From: Solirubrobacterales bacterium
Lineage (GTDB): Bacteria; Actinomycetota; Thermoleophilia; Solirubrobacterales; 70-9
DNA length: 64,000 nucleotides
Assembly (NCBI GenBank): GCA_035260485.1
Contig: DATFVC010000055.1
Coordinates: forward strand, 56,041 to 120,040
Direction: 5' to 3'
Shown here piece after piece: positions 35,612 to 43,408 of this stretch; within the stretch, counting starts at the first letter, position 1; each line of letters starts with the position of its first letter. The position numbers and the translations under genes are program-made. The notes below the pieces were generated by a model, which had not been told where the DNA came from, searched no databases, and saw only the letters and a list, made by a program, of their open reading frames with translations.

Positions 35612-35884
35612 TCAGTTCTTTTTTGTCGGCGTGATTTTGAACCTGCCACGGCGGGCGGCCGGTTCAAATGCCAGTCCGTCGAGTAGATCGCAGGGTGGGA
35701 TGCCGAGCGCGCCGGCGAGCTTCACCAGCGTGTCGAGCCTGGGAAGCTGCTGTCCGCGCTGCAACTCGGAAACCTGCGTCCGGTGGATCTCGGCCTTGGC
35801 TGCGAGCGCTTCCTGCGAGAGGCCCGATTTGCTTCGGTAGTGGGTCAGGTTTTCGGCGAATCTCTTGGCTAAGTCGTCAGACAC
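35612..35884 (-). CDS. XRE-family helix-turn-helix transcriptional regulator
   Basis: FAENLTHYRSKSGLSQEALAAKAEIHRTQVSELQRG is a classic Cro/C1 HTH. The start is GTG. Confidence 0.8.
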   Translation of the reverse strand: MSDDLAKRFAENLTHYRSKSGLSQEALAAKAEIHRTQVSELQRGQQLPRLDTLVKLAGALGIPPCDLLDGLAFEPAARRGRFKITPTKKN

Positions 35885-35993
35885 ACAGGAAGTCTCGTAT
35901 CTGTCCTGGGTTTATGCCACAGGAAGAAGTAAGGAGAGAAAACACGACAAGTCTTGCCCGGGAATACAAAGTTGGCTTTGACCGGCGACGGGG

Positions 35994-36641
35994 CTACAGC
36001 GCCGCGCGCACATCGGCGATCGCCTGTGCGTTGTCCTGGAAGTGGACCGCGGTCATGCCGGCTCGCTCGGCGCCTTCGCAGTTGACCTTGATGTCGTCGA
36101 CGAAAAGGCAGGACTCGGCGGGGAGGCCGACCCGCTCCAGGGCGATCGCGTAGATCTGCGATTCGGGCTTGCGGCAGCCGACGAAGCCGGAATCGACGAC
36201 CGTCTCGAAGATCTCGTCGACCGGAAGCATCGGCCGCCACAGTGGCTCCCACTCCTGCACGTTGTTGGTCAGCATCGCCATTCGGTAGCCGGTGGCCTTC
36301 AGCTCGCGCATCAGCTCGATCATCTCCAGGTTCGGCTCGAGCGCCTCGAAGTAGATCTCTTTGAAGCGGTGCATCTCGGGCCGGTGACCGAGCAGCGGCT
36401 CGAGGCTGTCGGTGAGCTTCTCCAGGAAGGCGACCTCGGTGATCTCGCCCCGCTCCATTTCGAAGAGGGGATTGTCTCCGTTTGCCTCGGTGGCCGCCTG
36501 CATCGCCTTGCCCAGGGTTTCGGTCGTGATCCCGGTCTGGTCCTGGAAGGCCATGAAAGACTGGATCAGCGGCGTGGTCAGCACACCACCGAAGTCGGAG
36601 ATCACGGCCTGGATCCCGGCGCCCTGGTCAGCCATCTTCAC
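35994..36641 (-). CDS. HAD-family hydrolase (subfamily IA)
   Basis: Motif I variant is VISDFGGVLT. Motif II is MLTNN. Motif IV is CLFVDD. Confidence 0.8.
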   Translation of the reverse strand: MKMADQGAGIQAVISDFGGVLTTPLIQSFMAFQDQTGITTETLGKAMQAATEANGDNPLFEMERGEITEVAFLEKLTDSLEPLLGHRPEMHRFKEIYFEALEPNLEMIELMRELKATGYRMAMLTNNVQEWEPLWRPMLPVDEIFETVVDSGFVGCRKPESQIYAIALERVGLPAESCLFVDDIKVNCEGAERAGMTAVHFQDNAQAIADVRAAL

Positions 36642-37023
36642 GGGTCAGCTCGTAGTGGCCGAGGCCGTCGCGCCCCTCGACCGACCAGCGGAAGAAGGCG
36701 ATGTCGGAGTCGATGCCGGGCCGACGCACCTTGGCGGCGCTGATCAGAGTCCCGGCCCCGCGCAGGGGCTGTCCTTCGTCGCCGTCGGTCCAGAGCTCCA
36801 AGGTCGCCCGCCGCGGCACCCCGTCGGGCCCGTACTCGGTCGAGAGCAGCGTCTCGGAGACCTCGATCGGAGCGCCATCCGGGCCGCAGAGGACCACCGC
36901 CACCTGCTCGTCGCCGTGCCCACTCGACCCTGGCGGGCGCACCGCGCTCAGCGCCAGCAGGCCCCCGTCGGAGAAGACGATCCCGATCGACCGCCGCAGC
37001 GCCTGACCCGTCTCTTCGCTCAT
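36628..37023 (-). CDS. Hypothetical protein co-oriented with the HAD hydrolase and overlapping it
   Basis: An internal ATG at 37023 gives a 131-aa product. It overlaps the HAD start by 14 nt. The upstream part of the annotated 217-aa ORF is Arg-rich. Confidence 0.45.
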   Translation of the reverse strand: MSEETGQALRRSIGIVFSDGGLLALSAVRPPGSSGHGDEQVAVVLCGPDGAPIEVSETLLSTEYGPDGVPRRATLELWTDGDEGQPLRGAGTLISAAKVRRPGIDSDIAFFRWSVEGRDGLGHYELTREDG

Positions 37024-37052
37024 CTCGCGGCAGCCTATTCTCCTGGCCAGAA

Positions 37053-37598
37053 TTGAAGCCAGCGACGATCCGCACCGCCGATCCCGACCGCGACGCCGCC
37101 GCGTGCGTCGCCATCTACGCGCCCCACGTCGAAGCGGGCGCGACCTCGTTCGAGGAAGAGCCTCCCAGCCCAGCCGAGTTTGCCGAGCGGATCGCCACCA
37201 TGGCGGCGACCTACCCTTGGCTGATCGCCGAGCGCGACGGCGACGTGGTCGGTTACGCGTACGCCTGTCCCCACCGCGCACGTCCGGCCTACCGCTGGGC
37301 GGTGGAGGTATCTATCTATGTGGCCGCGGAGTGGCGCGGCCAGGGTCACGGGCGGGCTCTCTACCGGGAGCTCCTCGAGCGGCTGCGGCGCCAGCGCTTC
37401 CAGGTTGCCTGCGCCGGGATCACCATGCCCAATGCGGCAAGCGTCTGCCTTCACGAGAGCCTCGGCTTCGTCGCCGTCGGCGTATACCGGAGGATCGGCT
37501 GGAAGGCGGGCGCCTGGCGCGACGTCGGCTGGTGGCAGCTCGAGTTGAACCCGGCGGACGAGGGACCTCCTGCCGAGCCGCTGCCGCCCGAACCGTAG
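37053..37598 (+). CDS. GNAT N-acetyltransferase, phosphinothricin-acetyltransferase-like
   Basis: IYAPHVEAGATSFEEEPPS..EF..R, then WLIAE.DG.VVGYAY....R.AYRW..EVSIYV....RGQGHGRALY..L, matches the PAT/ArsN1-like pattern. Confidence 0.75.
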   Translation: MKPATIRTADPDRDAAACVAIYAPHVEAGATSFEEEPPSPAEFAERIATMAATYPWLIAERDGDVVGYAYACPHRARPAYRWAVEVSIYVAAEWRGQGHGRALYRELLERLRRQRFQVACAGITMPNAASVCLHESLGFVAVGVYRRIGWKAGAWRDVGWWQLELNPADEGPPAEPLPPEP

Positions 37599-37617
37599 CC
37601 CCGGCTAACATTGACCG

Positions 37618-37935
37618 ATGCCAGAGAACCAGACCGATGTGTTGACCGAGGACGACGTGATGGAGGCGCTCGAGGAGGTGATCGACCCCGAGCTGGGGCT
37701 CGACTTCGTCTCGCTCGGCCTCGTCTACGACGTCGAGATCGAGAAAGAGGACGTCTACGTCACTTTCACGCTGACCACGCCGGCCTGCCCGATCGGCCCC
37801 CAGGTGTCCGAGCAGATGAAGGAGTTCGTCGGCGACCTCCCCGGAGTCAGCGCCGTCCATCCGAAGATGATCTTCGACCCGCCTTGGTCCCCCGAGATGA
37901 TGACCGACGACGCCAAGTTCGCACTTGGCTTCTAG
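37618..37935 (+). CDS. DUF59 / SufT-like Fe-S cluster assembly factor
   Basis: EVIDPELGLDFVSLGLVYDVE...TLTTPACPIG is the canonical DUF59 (MIP18/SufT) motif with the conserved Cys. Confidence 0.85.
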   Translation: MPENQTDVLTEDDVMEALEEVIDPELGLDFVSLGLVYDVEIEKEDVYVTFTLTTPACPIGPQVSEQMKEFVGDLPGVSAVHPKMIFDPPWSPEMMTDDAKFALGF

Positions 37936-37937
37936 GC

Positions 37938-38013
37938 AGGGATTGGGGGGTCATAGGGGGTCATAAGGGGTCAGTTCTGTCCCCATCCCCGTCCCCACGG
38001 CTGTCCCCACGGG
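37938..38013. repeat. Four G-tracts (spaced by tcata) followed by four C-tracts; short iterated motifs ggggtcata and gtcccca(cgg)
   Basis: The sequence is gggattggggggtcatagggggtcataaggggtcag ttct gtccccatccccgtccccacggctgtccccacgg. Confidence 0.85.
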
Positions 38014-38069
38014 ATACCACGGCCACACCGAGCGCGGTACCTTTTCGCTCGCAGGTGAGCGAAGGGCAT

Positions 38070-38547
38070 ATGGCAGAGGAAAGCATCACCCACGCGAAAG
38101 CGCTAGACCTCATCGAGGAGCACATTGGTGAACAGGTTTATGTTGACTTTCTCTTCGCGCCCCCGGATGGTTCGAAAGGCGATTTTCTCGGCGTCGAGGA
38201 GATGGCCGGCGTTCTCGCGAATCCCTTTAAGACCTCCGCGCCTCGAACCCGATGTTGGGGCCTACGAACTTGGCCCCGACAGCGGCCGCTCGTTCTACCT
38301 CTCGCCGATGGCGGGCACGGTGTGCTTGCGCGACAACGGGATCGACTTCCGGCCCAGCGACGGCGCGCTGATTCGCGTTGCGTGGCGCGGTAGCAGCGAG
38401 GTCGGCGACTGGCGCCCTACTCGTGAGGCGTTGGCCAAATTCAACGAGTTGGGGATCGCGATGCCGGAACACGAAAAGCCAGGTGTCATCCTGCCAGCAA
38501 TAGCGCGGGCGCGCGCCATTGGCCGGGGAATGGGAATCGGCCGATAG
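38070..38547 (+). pseudogene. Frameshifted hypothetical gene (frame change of +1 near 38230-38250)
   Basis: Frame A from the ATG at 38070 reads a protein-like MAEESITHAKALDLIEEHIGEQVYVDFLFAPPDGSKGDFLGVEEMAGVLANPFK. Frame B then reads a protein-like LEPDVGAYELGPDSGRSFYLSPMAGTVCLRDNGIDFRPSDGALIRVAWRGSSEV... through to the stop at 38547. The other reading of each half is Arg/Ser-rich junk. Confidence 0.4.
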
Positions 38548-38582
38548 GGCGGGTAGGTCGGGCGAGAGGTGTGTGTGGGCAG

Positions 38583-38849
38583 CTATGTAAGGAGTGCGAC
38601 AGCGCGGAGCGCTGCCGGGTGTCGGCTCCACGATCTCATCGTCTCGGTTTTTGAACAGGCCGAACTCTCGAAGGCTGCGGATCGCCTGGGCCCTGTCTCG
38701 GTCTCCCTGCTGTCGTCTGGGTCACTGACGATCTTCAAGGAGAGTCCGTCTGTCGATAGGTGTTCGGGGTGCAGTTCGGCGGCCACTTCGAGGATCACGG
38801 CTTCGACTATCGCCATGTTGTACTTCGGCGGAGTGTCGCGGTCGGTCAT
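38583..38849 (-). CDS. Small hypothetical protein (possible degenerate wHTH)
   Basis: 88-aa ORF with SD gagggagag 4 nt before the ATG at 38849. The N-terminal 55 aa are protein-like. The middle is more protein-like in the -1 frame (see findings). Confidence 0.35.
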   Translation of the reverse strand: MTDRDTPPKYNMAIVEAVILEVAAELHPEHLSTDGLSLKIVSDPDDSRETETGPRRSAAFESSACSKTETMRSWSRHPAALRAVALLT

Positions 38850-39582
38850 TGTCTCTCCCTCGGTGGGTTTGCTGGTGCGCGGCGATGGGCGACGCAGGGG
38901 GCGATCCTTCCTGTCCTGCGCCCTCGGCTCGCACTACGAGGGCGTGTAGGTCCGCTGGCTCCCAGGCCGCCTCGAAGGCCAGTAGCGCGAAGGTGTAGCC
39001 GGTCGCCTTGCCGCCGTTGCCATTGGCTTTCTTCATGCGCTTCGCCGTTGCCTGCTGCTCGTTTTCGACTTCCTTGGTCGCCCGCTCCGCGATTGCCTTC
39101 ACGTTGCGCTGTCCCTCGCCGTCGAGGACCAGCGGGGTGCGGGTGATGTGGTCATGCGTCCCTTTCAGCTTGCCCGCTTTTAGGGCGTAGGCAAGGTCGT
39201 TGAACAGGTCACTGGCCTGGCCTGCGCCGACTACGGCGCGCAGCCCTTTCTTGAGCCGACGCCACGCCTTCGCCGGGAGCAGGGTTTTCGCACTGGCGCG
39301 GTAGTAATGCTCGACCGCCCCTCGGCGCGGCTCGGTGCGGGTCTCCTCGATCATCCCGTCGCAGTCGTCGCGCAGGACTTTGACGTGGTAGCTGACCTGG
39401 CTCAGCCCTTCGTCGAGCGCCTTCGACAGGCCGTTCGGGCTGACCTCACCTTGCACTGCGGCGAGCAGGATGTGCTGCCGCAGGACGTGATCCAGTGCCT
39501 TGACGAACCGTGGGTCCACGAGGACCGGCAGGTGCGCCCCGCCCTTCCCTCCGCCCCCGTTGCTTGACTTAACTCTAGGCAT
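38722..39582 (-). CDS. ArsR-like winged-helix regulator with C-terminal extension (paralog 1)
   Basis: The ATG at 39582 starts the ORF. The wHTH segment is LRQHILLAAVQGEVSPNGLSKALDEGLSQVSYHVKVLRD...EHYYRA. The C-terminal domain is colinear with the product of 39777-40409. The last about 70 codons are Arg-rich and overlap the next gene, so the 3' end is doubtful. Confidence 0.55.
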   Translation of the reverse strand: MPRVKSSNGGGGKGGAHLPVLVDPRFVKALDHVLRQHILLAAVQGEVSPNGLSKALDEGLSQVSYHVKVLRDDCDGMIEETRTEPRRGAVEHYYRASAKTLLPAKAWRRLKKGLRAVVGAGQASDLFNDLAYALKAGKLKGTHDHITRTPLVLDGEGQRNVKAIAERATKEVENEQQATAKRMKKANGNGGKATGYTFALLAFEAAWEPADLHALVVRAEGAGQEGSPPASPIAAHQQTHRGRDNDRPRHSAEVQHGDSRSRDPRSGRRTAPRTPIDRRTLLEDRQ

Positions 39583-39681
39583 CTCTCGCCCCTTCCCGTT
39601 CACAGGGACGTGGGGGAGCAGCGGAGCACCACCCACGGAATAATCCCCGGACCGACTATCCGTTGGTTCAAACAGTCGGTT

Positions 39682-39694
39682 CTATTCTGAATAG
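39682..39694. promoter_or_regulatory. Palindrome CTATTC-t-GAATAG, 100 nt upstream of wHTH paralog 1
   Basis: A perfect 6+1+6 palindrome in the 140-nt spacer. Confidence 0.35.
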
Positions 39695-39776
39695 TGAACA
39701 GTTACAGATAGGAACGGGCGAGTCTGTACCAATTTCTTGAATGGTTTCCCCCCGTCAGAGGGATTTCACCTGTAAG

Positions 39777-40409
39777 TCAGTTTTTCCTTGGAGTGAGTCG
39801 GTGCATCGCAGGAGCAGTGGAGTCAACGGGCTTGCTTCGCTCGAAGCCCAACGTTGCGGCGATCAGCGTCGTCGCCTTCTCACCCGATTTGGCTCGTCTG
39901 TTGGTAGACCGAGCCTCGATCTCCGTAACCCGTTCCCATGATTCGCGCTGCTCATCAGCTAGTTCATCGCGACCCTGCTCGTCGAGGTTGTACCAGCGCC
40001 ACATCATGCGGACTCGGGGATCTCTGTTCAGTTTCTGGGTTCGCAGCGCCGCGAGGGACTCGGCCATGATCGCTTGGAGGACCACCGCGGCGTATTCTTG
40101 CTTGACCTCCGGTGGCAGCGCCTCCGCCTCCTCGTCGCTCACGACTGGGAGTTCAACGGCCCGATAGAAGTGCTGATCGGTGTTGCGGACCTTTTCAATC
40201 CTTGCCACCTCAATAGAGCCCGAGCTGAGCATTTCTTTGATGTGGTGGCCGATGGTGGTTAGGGGCCAGTGGGTGAGTTCGGCAAGCTCGGAGGCGCTGT
40301 AGATAGCTTCGTTTAGCAGGCAGAGGATTTCGATCCTGATGCGGTGCGCAATGGCGTAGGACACCGCCTCTTCGATGCTCCGCTTCCGGTCCTTGATGAT
40401 CTCTGCCAC
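39777..40409 (-). CDS. ArsR-like winged-helix regulator with C-terminal extension (paralog 2)
   Basis: 210 aa. The wHTH segment is HRIRIEILCLLNEAIYSASELAELTHWPLTTIGHHIKEMLSSGSIE...QHFYRA. The C-terminal helical domain ends KATTLIAATLGFE, compared with KATGYTFALLAFE in paralog 1. Confidence 0.7.
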   Translation of the reverse strand: MAEIIKDRKRSIEEAVSYAIAHRIRIEILCLLNEAIYSASELAELTHWPLTTIGHHIKEMLSSGSIEVARIEKVRNTDQHFYRAVELPVVSDEEAEALPPEVKQEYAAVVLQAIMAESLAALRTQKLNRDPRVRMMWRWYNLDEQGRDELADEQRESWERVTEIEARSTNRRAKSGEKATTLIAATLGFERSKPVDSTAPAMHRLTPRKN

Positions 40410-40496
40410 CGAAATCCCTCCGCTCAGTCTGGTCTGGACATTCAGAAGGACCAGATCATATTGCCATTCATCTTCGGTGTTTCCCTGCCGCTAGGG

Positions 40497-40509
40497 CTAT
40501 CCCGGATAG
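40497..40509. promoter_or_regulatory. Palindrome CTATCC-c-GGATAG (nested in CTAGGG...CCCTAG), 88 nt upstream of wHTH paralog 2
   Basis: A perfect 6+1+6 palindrome with the same CTAT-N5-ATAG frame as the site at 39682. Confidence 0.35.
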
Positions 40510-40802
40510 TCGGGAAATCCCTAGCATCGGCCTCCCAACCCCGGCGAGTGAGCCGGGATGACAAAGCGGGGAAGGGAGGTGAGTACGGATGATGGTCCTC
40601 AAGGTTGAGAAGGCGGCTCCCATCGTAGAGATCTACAAGCACGGCTAGACCGTATGTAGGGGCCGATCTCGGCCCGCTTGCGTTGGGCCGGGGTCGGCCC
40701 CGTTGTGTTGTCGGAGCAGGCGGCATGGGGAGGCGACAGTCTACGCGAGGACTTGTGAAGTTTCCTATGGAGGTTCCATCCCACAGGACAGAGGATTGCG
40801 GC

Positions 40803-40997
40803 ATGGGCGCTCTCGGCGCCAACCTGCGCGAGGCGCGCGAACGGCTTGGGTTGACGCAGGGACAGGTCGCGCAGAGGAGCGGGGTCCACTCCACGGAGGT
40901 CAGCCGGATCGAGGCGGGGAAACGCGACCCAAAAGTCTCGACCGTGGAAAGACTCGCCAGGGCGGTCGAGGTAAAGCCGGGGCAGCTGCTTGTCTAA
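40803..40997 (+). CDS. XRE-family HTH regulator (64 aa)
   Basis: The internal ATG at 40803 starts the ORF. LREARERLGLTQGQVAQRSGVHSTEVSRIEAGKRDP is a classic Cro/C1 HTH. Confidence 0.75.
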   Translation: MGALGANLREARERLGLTQGQVAQRSGVHSTEVSRIEAGKRDPKVSTVERLARAVEVKPGQLLV

Positions 40998-41006
40998 GCT
41001 GCCGCC

Positions 41007-41372
41007 ATGCAGGGGCGGGAGCCAAGGCGCGTCGAGAAGCCCTGGGGGCACGAGATTTGGTGGGCTCAGACGCCGGAGTACGCTGGCAAGGTCCTCGTCG
41101 TTCAGGCGGGGCATGCTCTCTCGTTGCAGTTGCACCGCGAAAAGGACGAGAGCTCCTACTTGTTCTCGGGTCGTTTGCGGCTGACGGCTGGCGCGACGGA
41201 GGCCGACCTTGAGGAGCGTGTTCTTGAGCCGGGTCAGAGCTGGCGAAACGAGCCTGGGACCATCCACTCCATTGAAGCTCTCGAGGACTCGGTCGTCTTT
41301 GAGGTTTCGACCCCGCACCTTGACGACGTCGTTCGCCTCAGAGACCGATACGGGCGCACCGGCCAAGACTGA
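41007..41372 (+). CDS. Cupin protein resembling the C-terminal cupin of type II phosphomannose isomerases
   Basis: It reads KPWGHEIWWAQT..YAGKVLVV.AGHALSLQLH..KDES.Y...G...L, ...G.IHSIEA, and EVSTPHLDDVVRLRDRYGR. It lies 9 nt downstream of the XRE gene. Confidence 0.7.
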   Translation: MQGREPRRVEKPWGHEIWWAQTPEYAGKVLVVQAGHALSLQLHREKDESSYLFSGRLRLTAGATEADLEERVLEPGQSWRNEPGTIHSIEALEDSVVFEVSTPHLDDVVRLRDRYGRTGQD

Positions 41373-41424
41373 CCTTCCCCTAAATAGCGCTATCGACTTA
41401 GCGGGGTCCAGCGTCCCCAGCTCG

Positions 41425-41910
41425 CTAGCGCGGAAGCTGCGGATCGTCCGGGTCGATCTCCTCGGCGGTGCCATCGAAGTCGTAGGGGCGCTCGGCGGGC
41501 GTGCTGTTGCGAGGACGCCCCGCGCCATCGACGCCCCCGACACCGACGACCACGAAGCGGTGCCCGGCGTAGGCGCGCAGGAGGCGGCGGAAGATCGCGC
41601 GGGTCGGCGGGATGAGAAGCAGGACGCCGAAGATGTCGGTGACGAAGCCCGGCGTCAGCAGCAGGGTGCCGCCGACGGCGATCATCAGGCCGTCGGCGAC
41701 CTCGCGGCCGGGGAAGCGCCGCTCGGCGATCGCCTGGTTGAAGCGCCGCCAGGCGCCGCGACCTTGGTGGCGAAGCAGCAGCGAGCCAAGCAGCGCGTCC
41801 GCGAGGAGCAGCGCCAAGGTGGGCAAAACCCCGATCAGCCCCCCGATCTTGATGATCACGAACAGCTCGACGATCGGGACGACGATGAAGAGGACTACGA
41901 CCAGGGCCAC
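41425..41910 (-). CDS. fxsA: FxsA-family membrane protein
   Basis: VPIVELFVIIKIGGLIG...LLL.TPGFVTDIFGVLLLIPPTR is the FxsA signature. Confidence 0.8.
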   Translation of the reverse strand: MALVVVLFIVVPIVELFVIIKIGGLIGVLPTLALLLADALLGSLLLRHQGRGAWRRFNQAIAERRFPGREVADGLMIAVGGTLLLTPGFVTDIFGVLLLIPPTRAIFRRLLRAYAGHRFVVVGVGGVDGAGRPRNSTPAERPYDFDGTAEEIDPDDPQLPR

Positions 41911-41913
41911 GGC

Positions 41914-43329
41914 TCAGGCCGGCGCCGCGGCGGCAGCGGCGGCCTGCTCCAGCTCTTCCAGCGACTCGTCGATGCCGGCGGCGATCGTTTCGACGTCCTC
42001 CATCGAGTCGTAGTCGGCGAGCAGGCCGAAGCAGACGCGGCCGTTATAGCTCATGATCGCCACCGCCATCGCATGGTTCTGGGGCAGGAAGGCGACCGGG
42101 AAGACCTCTTCAAGCTGGCGTCCCAGTACATAGAGGGGCATCTGCGGGCCGGGGACGTTGGTGACGATCAGATTGAAGAGCCGGGTCGAGAAGTTGATTC
42201 TCGCCGCCTGCGCCAGCAGGGTCGGCGGGGCGAAGTCGTTGAAGCGGGAGATCACTTCGGCGCCCAGCGCCTGCTTGGAGCGCTTCACCCCTGCCATCTG
42301 CTCGCTGACCACTCGCAAGCGCCGCGCCGGGTCCTCGACATAGACCGGCAGCGGCCCGCGCATCGCAGCGAGTTTGTTGCCCAGCTCACCGCGCTCGTCC
42401 GCCGTTCGGATCGAGACCGGGACCAGGGCGCGCAGCTCCAGACCCTCGGTGCGGATGCCGCGGGTCTGCAGCCATTTGCGCAGGGCCCCAGTCACCACCG
42501 CCAACACGACGTCGTTGACGGTCCCGCCCAGGCTGTCCTTGATCCGTTTGAAGGTCGCCAGCTCCGATCGGGTCCAGGTGAAACGTCGGTGCGGGCCGAT
42601 CTGGCGGTTGAGTGGCACGTCGGGGGCGGGATCGGCTAAAGCCCCGACCACCTCGCCGACGCCCTCCAGCGCCTCGACGGCCCGGCGCGCGGCTGCCTCC
42701 GGGTGGCGCACGACCTCCACGGCGCGCTCGGCCAGTTTCAACGGCGCGACTGCCAGCTCTGTGGCGCCGCGCGCGATCAGGTCGGTCGTGCTCGGCGCGG
42801 CCTGGGGTTTCCAGCCGTCCTCGACCGGGGCCGGCTCGGGCACCGGCTCGAGGTCGAAGAGCACGGTCCCGATGTCGACCCCGGCGATCCCGTCGACCGC
42901 GGCGTGATGGGTCTTGGTCAGCAGGGCGAAGCGATCGCGCTCCAACCCCTGCACCAGCCACATCTCCCAGAGCGGCTTGGAGCGGTCGAGCTGCTGCGAG
43001 AAGACGCGCGCGGCGAGTCGCTTCAGCTGCGCCTCCCCGCCCGGCTCGGGCAGCGCCGTGTGGCGGATGTGGTAGCTGAGGTTGAAGTTGACGTCGTCGG
43101 CCCAGAGCGGCCGGCCGGCCTCCAATGGCGGCACGACCAGCCGCTGGCGGAAGCGGGGGACCTGGTCCAGCTTCCCCCGCACGTGCTCGACCAGGTCGAC
43201 GTAGCGCGGCGGCGGGCCCTCGAAGATCAGGATGCCGCCGATGTGCATGTGGCTGGACGAGGTCTCGTTGGTGAGGAACGAGGCGTCGGTCGAGCTGAGG
43301 CGCTCGAGGTGGTCTCCGGCGGTGTTCAT
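41914..43329 (-). CDS. Wax ester synthase / acyl-CoA:diacylglycerol acyltransferase (WS/DGAT)
   Basis: 471 aa. The catalytic HHxxxDG motif is present as HHAAVDG. The N-terminus reads SSTDASFL..E....MHIGG. Confidence 0.85.
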   Translation of the reverse strand: MNTAGDHLERLSSTDASFLTNETSSSHMHIGGILIFEGPPPRYVDLVEHVRGKLDQVPRFRQRLVVPPLEAGRPLWADDVNFNLSYHIRHTALPEPGGEAQLKRLAARVFSQQLDRSKPLWEMWLVQGLERDRFALLTKTHHAAVDGIAGVDIGTVLFDLEPVPEPAPVEDGWKPQAAPSTTDLIARGATELAVAPLKLAERAVEVVRHPEAAARRAVEALEGVGEVVGALADPAPDVPLNRQIGPHRRFTWTRSELATFKRIKDSLGGTVNDVVLAVVTGALRKWLQTRGIRTEGLELRALVPVSIRTADERGELGNKLAAMRGPLPVYVEDPARRLRVVSEQMAGVKRSKQALGAEVISRFNDFAPPTLLAQAARINFSTRLFNLIVTNVPGPQMPLYVLGRQLEEVFPVAFLPQNHAMAVAIMSYNGRVCFGLLADYDSMEDVETIAAGIDESLEELEQAAAAAAAPA

Positions 43330-43408
43330 CCTGCAAGGCTAGCTACGGCGCTTGCCGGGGCCAAGTCCGGCAAGCCGGTCGCAACTCCGCCACCGGTACC
43401 CTGGGGCC

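Noticed and set aside
35884-35926. Direct repeat cacaggaag (35884-35892 and 35918-35926) at the start of the XRE gene, considered as an iteron-like operator.
   Set aside because: There are only two 9-nt copies in an AT-richer spacer, and one overlaps the GTG start. That is too little to separate it from chance.
37938-38013. Iterated ggggtcata / gtcccca motifs, considered as a mini CRISPR array.
   Set aside because: The units are only 7-9 nt with 0-5 nt between them, there are no spacer-sized unique segments, and no cas genes are nearby.
38221-38232. The heptamer CCCTTTA at the frameshift junction, considered as a programmed -1 ribosomal frameshift site.
   Set aside because: The downstream frame is +1 relative to the upstream frame, not -1. 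The heptamer is also not phased as X_XXY_YYZ in the zero frame. Decay or a sequencing error is more likely.
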